64,000 nucleotides of DNA from Lama glama (taxonomy: Eukaryota). Numbering within the stretch: the stretch's first letter is position 1; each line of letters begins with the position of its first letter. Below the pieces are notes generated by a model. It ran no database searches and had not been told where the DNA came from. It saw only the letters and a list, made by a program, of their open reading frames with translations. The translations under genes were made by a program, and so were the position numbers. Location of the stretch: positions 36,830,001 to 36,894,000 of the forward strand of contig CM052817.1 of assembly GCA_028534125.1 (NCBI GenBank), written 5' to 3'. Shown here piece after piece: positions 23,869 to 36,525 of this stretch.

Positions 23869-26775
23869 CTAAAAAAGTACGTATACATGAATCCATATGT
23901 GTATGAATATATATGTACATACATTTATTTACTTAGGATAACCCTCATGCTGCTGTGAGAAAGATATGAGGGGACTGGACATAAATAAAATGAGGTTAGA
24001 GAGAAGGGCATCTTACAGTGATCAAGATATGCATTGAAATGCTCCATTTTCAACCTCGAAAGTATTAACAATATGTTGAAACATATTCTACGTGAAAACT
24101 AGAGCAATGAATCACAGTGTGGCTTAGCTCTCAGAGAACAAGAGGATTATCTGGTCCAATTTCTTGATTTTACAGAGAAGGAATCTGAAGTCCACAATGG
24201 TTGTGACTTCTCCAATCAGTTCAAGACAAATCTTGGGCTAAGACATAGATCTCATTGTTTTATTTTCTTTATGATTATATGAATGAAATGATGACTAAGC
24301 TTATCATAAAATATAAGTTGTTACTGGATGATTTTCTTAAATAATGAGTTCTCCTGGTGAATTTAAATTGGAATTTGACTTGAAATTAAATTTGTGTATA
24401 ATTTTTAGTATATTTTAATCTAATTAAAGCTAATCCCTCAATGAAGTGTATGTGTGTGTGTGTGTGTATAGTTATATAAGAGGAAAATTCATCTACTCAC
24501 GTAAGAAATGTATGAGTACTATTTCTCTAAAAAGCTCAATTTTGAATGAGAATAAATTAAAGAGTCTGTATATAAAAATAAAATCGTAAGTTAATGAACT
24601 TTGCTACTTTTTAAAAGGAAATGTATATCTAAACATCTGTTATCTGAGCCTTTAAGACAGTAGTGGAGATGCTTCATCTGTCCCAATGTTGGCCCAAATT
24701 AGATTTTCCTTCCTTTTCTGCAACCACTTCTTAATGACACTAAGTATACAAGTAGATACCCAACTTAAGATTCTGTCATTTTCTGTCCTGCAAATTTATC
24801 TTTGATTCTGGTGACTCATTTAAGTACCCTGGATCTTAGAAAATATAACTGCAGAAGGACCTTAGGGTCAGAGATCAGAGAAAACACTTCTGTCCCAACC
24901 CTGCTCAGGGCTCCCCGCATTGGGCTCATTCTCCAGGTGGCTGCACCATCCGCCCAGGGAAAGGGAATGGTTGTGCCCTGGAGCCAAGAATAACTTTGGG
25001 TGGAAAAGAGAATAATTAGACCTGCTCTTCCATTGCCATGACCTTAATGGTTGTGCCTTCCCTAGCCCAGAGGTGAATAAAGCATAAGGCTCTGTTGGAA
25101 CTGCTTCTATTTGTTTGGATAAAACATGAATTTTAAAGCCAATGAAGCTTAATGCATTTTGGGGTGAGAATTTGGGCACTAAATACTTAACAAGGCTTAA
25201 GAAAATAAATAATAAAGAGCTATGGAAACATAAAAGTAGACACATACGGGGAGAAACCTTGGAAATCAAACTGTAAAGTAAGACAACAGATCATAAACAC
25301 TAGATCAGACTGTTGAATTGGGAGATACATGTTATTGGATTCTACCTGAAAACAGCTCTCTAATTTACAGATTCTACATTGGTTGAGATAGACCTGTCTG
25401 CGTATGATCTGTGGAAATTTTGTGTATTAAAGATCTCCTCAAGAGTCTGTGAGCTTTGGGTCTATCAATAAGGAAAGATATAAACTGTCCTATTATCTTT
25501 TCACTACAGACACTTGCATTGGGCCACACATCTGTATCTATAAAAATTTCTAGGTGGGAATATCTCTAAGTATATGATATTTTAGAAAAGTTGAGGGGGT
25601 AATCAGAAACTTAAATTTATTGTCATTTCCATTTCGTTTAAGAAAGACAACAAAGCTTCAAATGAGCACTGTTTATTTATGGGCAAACCAAAGAATGGAA
25701 GGCAATTCTGAAAGCCCACAGCCTTTGTATCATTTGTGCTCATATTTCTGTGGCCACACACATTCCCCATAATTATTATGGTACTAGAAATACTTTAAGA
25801 TGATCATTTCCTATCACTGTATGAGTTAGAGATGGGTTAGCCCAACATATGGTAAGATGCTATGCCAAGCCACTGTGCTGAGGCACCGTTTTCAGCATCC
25901 TGACTGCTTTTCATGTCTCAGGAGTCCTGGGTCAGATGGTGCATAATTGGTGCCCTGAACCCAAACTGTATAGTAATAAAAATAGCACAATTCTGGCTTG
26001 TTGTCTATTTAAGATCAGCACCACACCCTCCAGTTTTCAGAACCCTCTTCACAGGTAACCCAGTAAAAACAGAAGCTCTTATTTTTAGTGTGTAGTTATT
26101 TTTTGTTTGTTTGTTTACAAATTTTGAGGATGTTCTGTCTTTCTCACAAGCTTTTCAGTTCACTTCATGAATTTCTCTCTTTCCTGTGCAGTTCTCGAGT
26201 GACATTTCCACTAGAGTAATGCTCCAACGCGTGATGTGTTGTTCTAGTGAACCACACAAGTCAAAGTCTGGGAAAATCTTCAGCAAGCCATTGATTGTCA
26301 GGAATTTTTATTTTAATGGTGTCTGCTGTTCATGAGTCAATTTTTCTTCTTAAGTCCTTCTTAAAGGACTCTAAATTATTCAGTGTGAAATAGCTATATG
26401 ACAGTAAAACAGCTATATGACAACTATAGTATGGCAGTTAGTGGCCTTATCACTGACCTAATTGTTAACTATTGATAAAATTGTCCACTTTTGTTGGTGA
26501 ATTAGCCAAAAATACCTGAACTCAGTGTGCTATGGTGTTTGCTTTAATTATATCATTCTAGCCTGAACCCAAATGAGTTTGCTGTGTGTGTGTACCTCTG
26601 CTTTAAAAGAAAACTTAGGAATACATTTTATTTTATTATATTAAAAACAAACTGTTTATAGTAGGTGATCTTCCTGGCTGAATTTTAGTGAGAGTTGAAT
26701 TTAGGTGTTTCATACTTAAATTTGATTCCCTTTTAATTGTAATAGGTGGGAAGGAAAATTAATTTTTATACTTAC

Positions 26776-26853
26776 CTGAACTGGAAATCGTTTTAGAGGA
26801 GGATAAAAGTAGGCATGCTTGTAAAGATAATATCGGGGCCGGTACTTAAAGAC
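26776..26853 (-). CDS. IBSP: IBSP exon 4, VFKYRPRYYLYKHAYFYPPLKRFPVQ (Tyr-rich, collagen-binding region)
   Basis: gcag|GTC...CAG|gtaag; 78 nt; highly conserved BSP peptide. Confidence 0.98.
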
Positions 26854-26948
26854 CTGCATAAACACAATAAATGATAGATTCACGTTTCATGTGCAGTAAA
26901 TCTAGATAAATGTAGTCAAGCCAAGGAAGTATGTAAAAAATGAATTAC

Positions 26949-26999
26949 CCCATTTTCTTCAGAGTCCTCTAATTTGGCTCTTTGATGCAAATTTTTCAT
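26949..26999 (-). CDS. IBSP: IBSP exon 3, MKNLHQRAKLEDSEENG
   Basis: acag|ATG...GGG|gtaatt; 51 nt; contains the SEE phosphorylation motif typical of SIBLING exon 3. Confidence 0.98.
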
Positions 27000-27095
27000 C
27001 TGTTTGAAAGAGCATTTAATTATTACATATTGTCTCTTAAATATAGAAAGACAAAATTGGAAATAACTCTAGGTTTTTTTTAATAAAGAACTTAC

Positions 27096-27149
27096 TGAGA
27101 AAGCACAGGCCATTCCCAAAATGCTGAGCAAAATTAAAGCTGTCTTCAT
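27096..27149 (-). CDS. IBSP: IBSP exon 2 coding part (signal peptide), MKTALILLSILGMACAFS; whole exon 27096-27163
   Basis: ATG at 27149-27147; acceptor ttccag|AAGCAATCACCAAG; donor TCA|gtaag; 54 nt, phase 0; matches the known BSP N-terminus. Confidence 0.98.
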
Positions 27150-29520
27150 CTTGGTGATTGCTTCTGGAATTAATGAAGTGGTAAAGTTATTGCATAAAAC
27201 TAAGAGTGTAACTTTTGTGCTCATACTAGGAGATGAAGTATTTAATTTATTTTCATTTTTGTCCAGTTATGGTTTTGACTAATTAGAAAAAATTTCTGCT
27301 TTTGTTCTAACATTTTTCCTTCTATTTGAGTGGTGGAAGGCTGACTTTACCCATCTAATTGAATAATGGTGAGTTCCATATTTGGTTTTAACCTCTCCAC
27401 TCTGACTTGTCAATGGAAGGCCATTTCGTCACTGCCAGGGGCTTGAATGCTTAGAATCCTTCACAGTAGGGCAAGAAGGTCTCCTAATATCATTGACACG
27501 GGAACATCAGCAGTGTGGTCATGTCATCTGTTTGTTTTGTTTACATGAAAAACGAAGCAAAAACTGAATACATTCAAATGATAGCTTTTATGCTGATTAT
27601 CCTAGAGGCAGTTTCCAGCCTCTATATAGCTTTTGAACTAAAAATTAATTTGTAAAGTGGAGACTAGGTGCCATTATCCAATGAATATCTTAGAATACTT
27701 GGTATTGATTAAGTATGTGCAAAGATCCATGATATGTGAAATATTATTCTCATAACGTGGTACCCAGTATCCATGTTTAAGGATGACTATTGTGAGACGA
27801 GATATCAGAGTTCATCTTGGGATATTAGAGGCAAATGCCCTCAAGTTACATTGTTCCCCAGCTCCATTTAAGCTTTCCATCATAAGTGGGGGAGATTTTT
27901 GTGGAATGGATGTGGGGCTCTCCAAGGTCAGGGTTGGAGCCATGATGGAGACTTCAGTTCTATGGAAGAATTAAAGATGCCGCTCTCAGAATAGGAAAAG
28001 TTTGTGGTCATTCCTGGGGTTTGAGCCTTCAAAGATCTCAGCTCCACATAGATTTCTCAGAGGTAAAAGGAGAGCGATAGGGAAAGCCTATCTTAATTTT
28101 ATTCCCTTTGATGAAATCCTATTTGAATAGAAGTTGAACAAACGTAGCTGAAAACCACTAACACCCAGCACTTGCATTGAGAAACACATTTAACTGAGAG
28201 CACTCTCTCCTCCAGAGTGACAGCTTTGGCAACGTTTTAGAAGCAATATTTCTCCATAAACATACTAGGAAAAGCAATATTTAAAATGCATGAAACCCAT
28301 GTCATATACTATACACTGAAGCTAGATTTTGCATTTTATCATCATTAGCCAAGATTTATTGCCTTCTTTTGAGTGTCTGACACTAAACATTAAGCAGGGT
28401 ATGGCTTAAGGCCTGGAGAAGCTGTCTTGGGTACTCATTTATACTTTATCTGCGGCCGAGTAGGTCTTTTGATTTTGATGCCTACAAACTTGCTTACAGT
28501 CCCATCTACTTTGGTGAAAGTTTCTGGTGGGCACACGGGGATAAAGAGGCTTTGCCCCTCAAGGGGGCCCATCTGGTTAAAAAGCTTTCATTGCTATTGG
28601 GGGGCTCTGAATAACATTTGGAACTTGGCCACCTGTCATGCAGCCCACAACAAACAGAAAGACTATTGCTCTGCAGTTTTATGAAAAAGGTTGGAATAAT
28701 TACAATATCTTAAAGAGCTAAAAACTTAAATACATGGAACTGTAGAAAGAGTTCCGAGTATAAAATTTCTCATAACAAACCATAAAAACAACTACATAAA
28801 AACGTACCAGGAATAGTATAAAAAGAACCAAAGGATTCTTGTAGGCAGCCAACTGCTGCCTACATAAATCTCATTTTATTTACTTTGTGATTCATCAAAA
28901 GCAAAGACCTCACAGTGCCCACTACTAACCCAGACAACAATTCAAACATTCTTAAAGAATTGTTTTGAGAATCTAATTGCAAGTTTTTATTGGGAGGAGT
29001 ATGATAAACTAAAGACATTATTCATTTCCCTAGTACTATACACTTTTCCATTCTGATTTTAGAGCTATAGGATATTAACACGTTGAAACTGAATATATAA
29101 CATATTGACAAGATATTGCTTATAATTGAAGTACAGATTAGGTATAATTGACAGAGAATTCAGCATATATCGAGGCAGATTTGTAAATGCAAAATAGTAT
29201 TTCCATCAGGCTGTTTTGAATTTGAACCAGAATAAGTAAACACACTTATGTCTGGGGTGCAGAGGTGAAAAGTAGGAAGCATAATTTTCTAGTTTATGTA
29301 CATGATAAGAACTTATTTACATGTATAGGTTAATAAACTGAGAATTTTGGGAAGAATTCAAAATCTGAGGTAGTAAGTTTAATGATGTTTTAAATTACAT
29401 AGCATTTCTATACAGTGTGTTAATATCTACATTTAAATTAAAAATTCAAAACTAAGTCCAGAGATGTAAAATGTGATGTATTTGATTTGAAGATAATGAA
29501 GTTGTCAGAATAAATCTTAC

Positions 29521-29604
29521 CCCTTTGCAGTCCTGGAGTGAGAAGGCAGGCTCCCAGGAGTGAGTGACCCAGATTGAATACTTCCTCTGCTCTCTCACTC
29601 ACTC
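29521..29604 (-). other. IBSP: IBSP exon 1 (non-coding 5'UTR); start approximate
   Basis: GAGTGAGTGAGAGAGCAGAGGAAG...CTCCAGGACTGCAAAGGG|gtaag resembles the known BSP 5'UTR and starts about 20 nt below the inverted TATA box. Confidence 0.92.
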
Positions 29605-29810
29605 ATTCACTTACTCTTACCGGCTATAAACTCCTCTTCGCCTTCCCACAGCCAATCACTGACATGGCCAAGGTGATGTCAGAATGTGGAATCTCACCAG
29701 AAAACCCCCAAACTTCAACACTTTTTCAAGACACAGGCGCAGTTGAATAAACATGAACTGTGGCTCGAGTGCCAGGAGGTTTGCATTGTGGAATTTAATT
29801 GAAGGTTTAG
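29605..29810 (-). promoter_or_regulatory. IBSP: IBSP proximal promoter
   Basis: In gene sense: inverted TATA TTTATA (29625-29630), inverted CCAAT ATTGG (29652-29656), CRE-like TGACATCA (29674-29681), FRE-like GGTGAGAT (29691-29698), homeodomain site TCAATTAAAT (29793-29802). Order and spacing match described BSP promoters. Confidence 0.93.
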
Positions 29811-31329
29811 ATGAAGATGAATAGTTTGAGTTCTGAATATATATAATAATATGCTGGATTTGAATTAAAATAAATAGCAAAGGATTTAACCATTTAAATA
29901 TTTCATCATTATGCAAATTTTCACTATGTTGAAAGGAAGGAAAATTTACTGTAATCAGATACAATGCTACATTATCAGTTCAGAAAAAGAAAGAAAGAAA
30001 TTAATAATAAAGAAAAGGAACTGATAAACAATATTTTAATATCAATTATTTTATATTTTTTCCTGAAATATGGTTCAGTGGCTCAAAAATTAGTATCATT
30101 AAATGCCAGAATTTATAAAATATATTTCTTGAAACATACTGCTGAGTATAAAAATTAGAATTTTTGAGGATTGTACTACTGAGAGGCAGGTTTCATTTTT
30201 TACCTTGTAAAATAAACCTCTTTCAACTATCTATTTATATGATCCTTTTCTGTTGGATAAATGATGTCACCTGGTATTTTCGTGGGCTTTTGTATACTTC
30301 TTTCCTGTTCATTTTCACATTTAGTTTTTTCCTTATGGGTATTGGAAAAAAATAATTAGAGCTGGCAAGCGTGATCTGTTGTTATAGAAATGATTTGTGA
30401 AAACCAAACCCACGAGGAACTGATTGATAAACTAAAGTACTGATTTTTTTTTCATTTGCAAAGGGAAATTTAGCTTAATAGCTTGCATATTCTTTTGGCC
30501 CAGTCATTCATTCTTCCTCTAACTGTGAAGTCTACCTGAAAAACCAAAAATTAATAAAAATTATTTTTGAATGTGTATGCCAGTCAACCTGATAGATGCT
30601 TTGGATAAATCATCTTTTGTTACACAAAAGTTGTTTAGAAAATATAGACATAAGAAAGGAAGTTGGATAGGCTCTTCCAATTCAGTTCAACCCCATCAGT
30701 TTAGTTCCATTTACCTCCATTTACCAAACTTTGAATTATTGAGATTTCCACTGACCCAGGACAATGGAAAGTGAATGTTCCCAGACATGGAGAGCCAAAC
30801 ATAAGATGGATCTTTGCCATGTCTTTGAAACTTTTGCAGTTGTGTAGATAGACCTAGGGCACAGCAAGCAAAATTTCTACAACGTTTAGAGGTGCTGTTG
30901 AATTAAGGAGGTTTAATTCTAAATGACAAAAAGCAGTGGAGCTGGGCCCTTACATCAGACTGGGAATTTGCTGGGATATCAATAACGAGGATGTTATCAA
31001 GAAGGAAAAGAAAAAACATTCTTGGGAATGGGTGTAAAGGAAATGAAATAGAAGAAAAATGCACCGACACCATTTAGGATGCACTGAGTGCTCTCATGCT
31101 GGTTCTTCATTTGTGCTATTTCACTCATCCTTCACACACAGAAAACAGTTCTGTGAGATTCTTCCCATTTTACAGGTGAGGTAGGTGAGGCACAGTGATG
31201 GTAAGCATGCCCTGGGGTGCACAGCTAGTAAATGGGGGAATCTAGGGATCAAAGTCATCTATCTAACTCTACAATCTACTTATAACCACTGTATATCCTT
31301 GCTTGCACATTTAGAAAACCTCAATGATT

Positions 31330-31780
31330 CAACAGACTGGAATATAGTGAGTGGAAGTAGGGACAGATGAGGATAGTCAGATAGGCAAAGGCCAGATGAG
31401 GGAGGGGGCTTAGGCTGCACTAAAGAGTATGGACTCCATCTTGGAAATGAGAGCATGCCAATGAGTTAAAGCAGAAAAACAGTATATTTAGATTTGCAGT
31501 TTGGACAAATCTTTTGTTGATAAGGCAGAGCTGGGTTGAGGAAGGCAAGATTGTTATGGAGGAGGGGAGCTTTAAGAAGCTCTTTTAGTGTTCCAGGAAA
31601 GCGATGGTAAAGATCTGAACTAACGCAGCAGCAGTGGGGATAGAAAGCATGGAACAAAGGAGAGAGATGTTCAATAGATAAAATGAATGGGACTTAGTAG
31701 AAGTAAGAGAAGTGGAGAAGCCTAGGATGATTTTTGGATTTATGGCTTGGGTAACTTTATGGGTGCAGCCATATTTCATG
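31330..31780 (-). mobile_element. L2 fragment
   Basis: ttaaagcagaaaaacagtatatttagatttgcagttt...aagatctgaactaa...cctaggatgatttttggattt. Confidence 0.55.
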
Positions 31781-33581
31781 CAATACATAGCAGAGTAATT
31801 CGTATATTATAATCACTAAGCAAATTGTTAACAGTATATGATATAGTAAAAGGAGTAGAGAACTAAGAATCAAAAAACTGAAATTTTGTTCTACCAATAT
31901 GTGAATCACCTAACCCCCTGGAGGCTTCAATTTTATCCATCTTTTAAAAATAAAGGGATTTTTACACCAAAAAAGAACCAGCCATTTCATCCTCCCATCA
32001 CCTGTGAAGCATTCTTCCCAAACAATAGAACATGAATCTGATGAAGCCTCTAGTGGAGAAAATACAGGGAACAGAAGAATATGTCAAATGTGATGTGTTC
32101 AGCAAAATCAGAGAGTAGGAAATTTTACAAGCCATATTGTATCTGACTTGTATCTGATTAGCAAGAAAAGTAAAAAAAGAAGTAAGGGAAAACTCTAGAC
32201 TAAAAAGATTTCAAACATATATCAGAAAAACTGTGAAACAATTGGAGAAATGTTGAAAGCTGACCAGACATTTTCTGGTATTAAGAAAATATTGTTAGTT
32301 TTTCAGGTATGATGACATTATTATTATTATGTTTTAAAAAGAATTCTCATCTTTTACAAATTCAGTCTAAAATATTTATGGATGAAACAGATTTCTTGGG
32401 GTGGGGATAAAGATAAAACAAGGGTTAGCTACAAACTGATAATCATCAAATTGGTGTTAAGTCAATGGAGATTTGTGATATTATGCTCTTTGCTTTTGTA
32501 TATGTTTGAAGTGCTAAATACAATGTTTTTTTTTTAATGGAAATGATTGAACTAAGTGATTTCTAAGACTTTTTCCACTTCTAACATTCTGTAATCTCTT
32601 ATTTTCAATAAGTTACTTAAGCCTGATATATCCTTTCCAGCAGCCTTCTACCTAATCTAAATTGGCTGCATTTATTCATGAATGCTTATTGGGACGTTCT
32701 TTCTAAGGAGTAGTGCTAGGGAAAAAAAATCACAGATCTTTACTCTTTTTTTTTTTTAATAATCAAGGCTGTCCTAACAACACTTTGTTGTAATCTCATT
32801 TTGATGATGGTCTTCTTTATTTCAATAAGTTGTTATGAATTGATTCTCTTAGATGGCATACGAACCACCCTTCTCCCTCTTTTCTTATTGCCTCTGCCTT
32901 TGTTCAAGTCCTCATTATTTCTTGCCTGGTTGTAGTAGTAATATTCTAATTGTGGACATGTTGCCTATTTTCCCTTCCCCAAAATTCTGTGACCACAGGA
33001 TTTAGAATCAAAGATTGAGGTGAAGTTCAAGTGCTGTCTCTTGCTAGCTTTTGAACTTGGGTAAAACTCTCTCAGCCTAAAAAGTCTGACCCCAACTTTC
33101 CTTTCCAATATTGTTTATTACTTATTGTCTGCTAGGATATATTTCAAGATGCTCTATATAGACTTAAGAATAGTCAAGTCTAAGAAGTAGATAAATACTT
33201 TTAAAACAGATTTTCACATGAAGTCTCTTCATAACTCTTAATTGAAATCTTCATAACCTAGAATTTTCTGGAATAAATGACAGAATTTCCTCTTCTCTAC
33301 CAGAAAAATGCTAAAATCTGGCTATGCCAATGTTTTATTTACTAGTAAACCCTTTTACTATTTCTACCTCATCCACTCTTTCTCTCTGAAACCAAAAGGT
33401 AGTGTCTAGTTGGGATACCACCCCTCACATCTGCAGTGTTCTCCTGAGCTATCTCACCATCGCCTTGGTTGCTCTTTGCTACTTTATCACTGGACCCTTT
33501 GCTTCTCAATCTAAGGTGTCATACCTGTATAATTATTTGATTTCCAGTATGCATTCTGCTTTCCATTCAGGCTTACCTGTT

Positions 33582-33849
33582 TAGGGCGGTATAGCTCCAG
33601 TGGTAGAGCACAGGCTTAGCGTACACGAGGACCTGAGTTCAATCCCCAGTACCTCCTTCAAAATTAAATAAACCTAATTACCTCCCCCCACCAAAAATAA
33701 TAAATTAATTTTTAAGGGGAAAAAGTATAGCTCAAGTGGTGGAGCGCACGCTCAGCACCCAAGAGGTCCTGGGTTCAATCCCCAGTAACTCCTCCAAGGG
33801 GAAATCAATGAATAAAACTCATTACCTCTCCTGCATAAAACAAACAACA
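33582..33849 (+). mobile_element. Tandem (dimeric) tRNA-derived SINE within one TSD
   Basis: Two heads, gtatagctccagtggtagagc (~33589) and gtatagctcaagtggtggagc (~33725); TSD caggcttacctgtt (33568-33581) / caggcttatctgtt (33850-33863). Confidence 0.9.
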
Positions 33850-34555
33850 CAGGCTTATCTGTTCAACTTTTGCCCAGTTTTTCCATCAACAAGTCTCTGG
33901 ATCTAGGCCTTTATATAATCAGTCAATCGCTATCGCTAACTGCGTTCTTGTAAACTTGGGTGGTGGGGGCCACAAAGACAGGTTTTTTTCCTTAGGGTTT
34001 ATAATGTGGTCAAGTTCTCCCTCCCCTCTTCCTTCCCAGGCCTCCCTTGTTTATGTAAAATTCAATGCTTTTCCTAGCCCCACCCAATTTCCCAGCAAAA
34101 CTTTCATGTATTCCATAGCCAGAAAAAACAAATACCAAATGTGTACTTAATATAAATTCCTATTTAAGAACTGCCATGCTCTCTTAACTGTAATATTGTG
34201 TCCTTGTGTGGTAGTGGTGGTGGTGATGTGTGTGTCCATGTCATCCGATTTTTATTGCGGGCTTCTAGAGGACAAGGACTGTATCTATTTAAATTGCTAT
34301 ATACGGAGTCAGGAAACCACATCTATGGTTATTTACACGAGACTGGACATTCTCATAGCCTCTGATATCAGGTGAACATTAATAAAATGGCGATTAATCC
34401 CTTGCCCTTTCTGAAAGAGAAGATGGAAGTTAATACAAAATGCGGTTGGCAGGTAGTAGGCTAAGGACGGAGTACTTGTGGACTGTTCTCTGTGATGTGA
34501 TTCCTGTCTCCAAGGGAAAGGTTCTGAATTTGTTCCTTCCAAATCTTCTCCGTTT

Positions 34556-34684
34556 TTAAAATTTTATTTTACTTGGGGGGGGAGGGGGTTAGGTGTATTT
34601 ATTTTTAGAGGAGTTGCTGTGGATTGAAGCCAGGACCTCTCCCATGCTAAGCATGCACTCTACCACTTGAGCTATACTCTTCCC
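34556..34684 (-). mobile_element. tRNA-derived SINE (Vic-1-like)
   Basis: ggattgaagccaggacctc...gcatgcactctaccacttgagctatac; diverged TSD tccaaatcttctccgttt / tccaaaccttttccattt. Confidence 0.88.
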
Positions 34685-34849
34685 TCCAAACCTTTTCCAT
34701 TTAAGATTTAGGAGTGAATGGAGGTTAAATCTGGTTGGATCTCTCTACAAGCTTCCCAGGTACTTCTCTCTGCTTTACCATCTAGTTCTCCCTATTGGCT
34801 CTTTTTCATTGGAATTTAATTTTCAAAGCTCTTTCATAAAACAAAGAAA

Positions 34850-36260
34850 CAAAACCATCCTTCATCCATACACATTCACACTCAGCTACTCAGATATTTC
34901 TCTCTTCCTCTTCACAGTCAAGTTTCTTGAGCATTGTCAACATTTTTAATGACCCAATTTCTTCACTTTCTACTCCCTTCTCAACCCAAAGGCGATATGG
35001 CCTTTGCCCCCATAACTCTATAGAAACTTGTCTCATAAAGGTTACCAATGACTTCATTCTGGTTAACCAATGAGTTCTTGCTGGTTAATTGCAATGAATA
35101 CTTTTCAGTCACTTTCCTTGGTGGTGTTGATAGCAGTTGATGCCGCTGAGTGTTTCCCCCTCTTTCAAAAATTCTGCCTCCCTACCACATGCATAGCACT
35201 GCATTCTCTGGTTTCCTCATCCCTCCCTGCCTACTATTTCTCAACTGCTCTTAGGGACTCCTCTTTCTCTAGCTATGTTTTGAATGTTGATATTTTCAAG
35301 GTTCTGTCCTTGTCCTCTTATTCTCTAGAGTCTCTCTGGATGATCTCGTTCATTCCCATGGCTTCACTTACCCATCTGTTTGTTTTTTGTTTTTGTTTTT
35401 TAATACAAATTATCTTCCTATGTTTTAGGGTCACACATATTATCAAACTTATAATGGAAATCTCCACCTGAAAGTTCCAAAATTACCTCAAATTCCCAAC
35501 TGCCCTTCATTCTATTTTTCTATTTGTCCCTTACCCCTCCCACTTCAATGTGGTCCTGTCAATTCCACACCCCTCAAATCTTACTTCCATCCACCCTCCC
35601 TACTAATTATCTTACTTAAGGTCATGTTGTCTCAGCTGGGTTACTATGAGAACCTCTTTATTGTCTTTCTCTCCAATCCATTTCTCACACTGTGGCCAAA
35701 ATAAACTTTCTAAAATATCAGTAATATATTTTCAATCTTCGCTTAAAATCCTCCATGGCTGTAATAGCTTCAGGATAAAATCTACACTTCTCAGGGTTGC
35801 AGAGAAGGCTCTTCATGATCTGACTCATTCATGTGACCACAGCCCTACCCCCTTTACTTTCCTGCCTCACACTAAGCTGAAGTCATACTAAAGTATTTCC
35901 TTTCCTTTTCTTTGTACTATGTATTTTTCTGAGGGCCTTTCAACACACTCTCTTTGTCTGTCTAACTCTGACTAGTCATTCAAGACTCAGTTCTGAAGTC
36001 ACACCCTAAAGAAGACTGTCCTGATCCCTATCTTCACTTTGGCTAGATTGGTGCCTCCTCTGTTTCCAAAGCACCCGTATGATAGTAATGGCCTTTCTCT
36101 CCTAGGGATGATTGCTTATCTCTCATGACTTCTGGATGGACTGGGAGTTTTTGAGGACAGGTACAGGATCTTATTTACCATCATCTCTCCAACCACTCAT
36201 CACAATGCCTGACATAGGACATTTATCCAATAAATAGTCTTAAAATAATGGCAGATTGAT
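34850..36260 (+). mobile_element. L2 LINE fragment
   Basis: aaggttaccaatgacttc...ctcgttcattcccatggcttca...acaatgcctgacatagg...caataaata. Confidence 0.7.
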
Positions 36261-36288
36261 TAAGAATGAATATTGAAAGACCATCTAT

Positions 36289-36525
36289 CATAGTGTTTCT
36301 CAACCTTTTTTTTTATTGACCATTAAAAAGAAAATTTTACTTTAATTTAATGTCTCCCTAAGGAGACATTAAGGAATAAGATTTTGTCAAATAATATTAG
36401 ATAAATACTAAGGAATAAGATTTTTGTTAAGGAATAACACTTTGTTGGATACTAAGGAATAAGATTTTGTTGGATAGATTTTGCTGAGCTTTGAAGGGAC
36501 ACAAACCATTGTAATGTCTAAGAAT
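36289..36525. mobile_element. hAT-Charlie MITE fragment with local rearrangement
   Basis: catagtgtttctcaaccttttt terminus; gagctttgaagggacacaaaccattgtaatgtctaaga. Confidence 0.55.

Noticed and set aside
29625..29656. Plus-strand TATAAA and CCAAT suggesting a divergent gene
   Set aside because: These are the well-described inverted boxes of the IBSP promoter; no plus-strand gene is evident.
36370..36485. Short direct repeats with spacers, superficially CRISPR-like
   Set aside because: Mammalian DNA, uneven or absent spacers, located inside a MITE, no cas genes.
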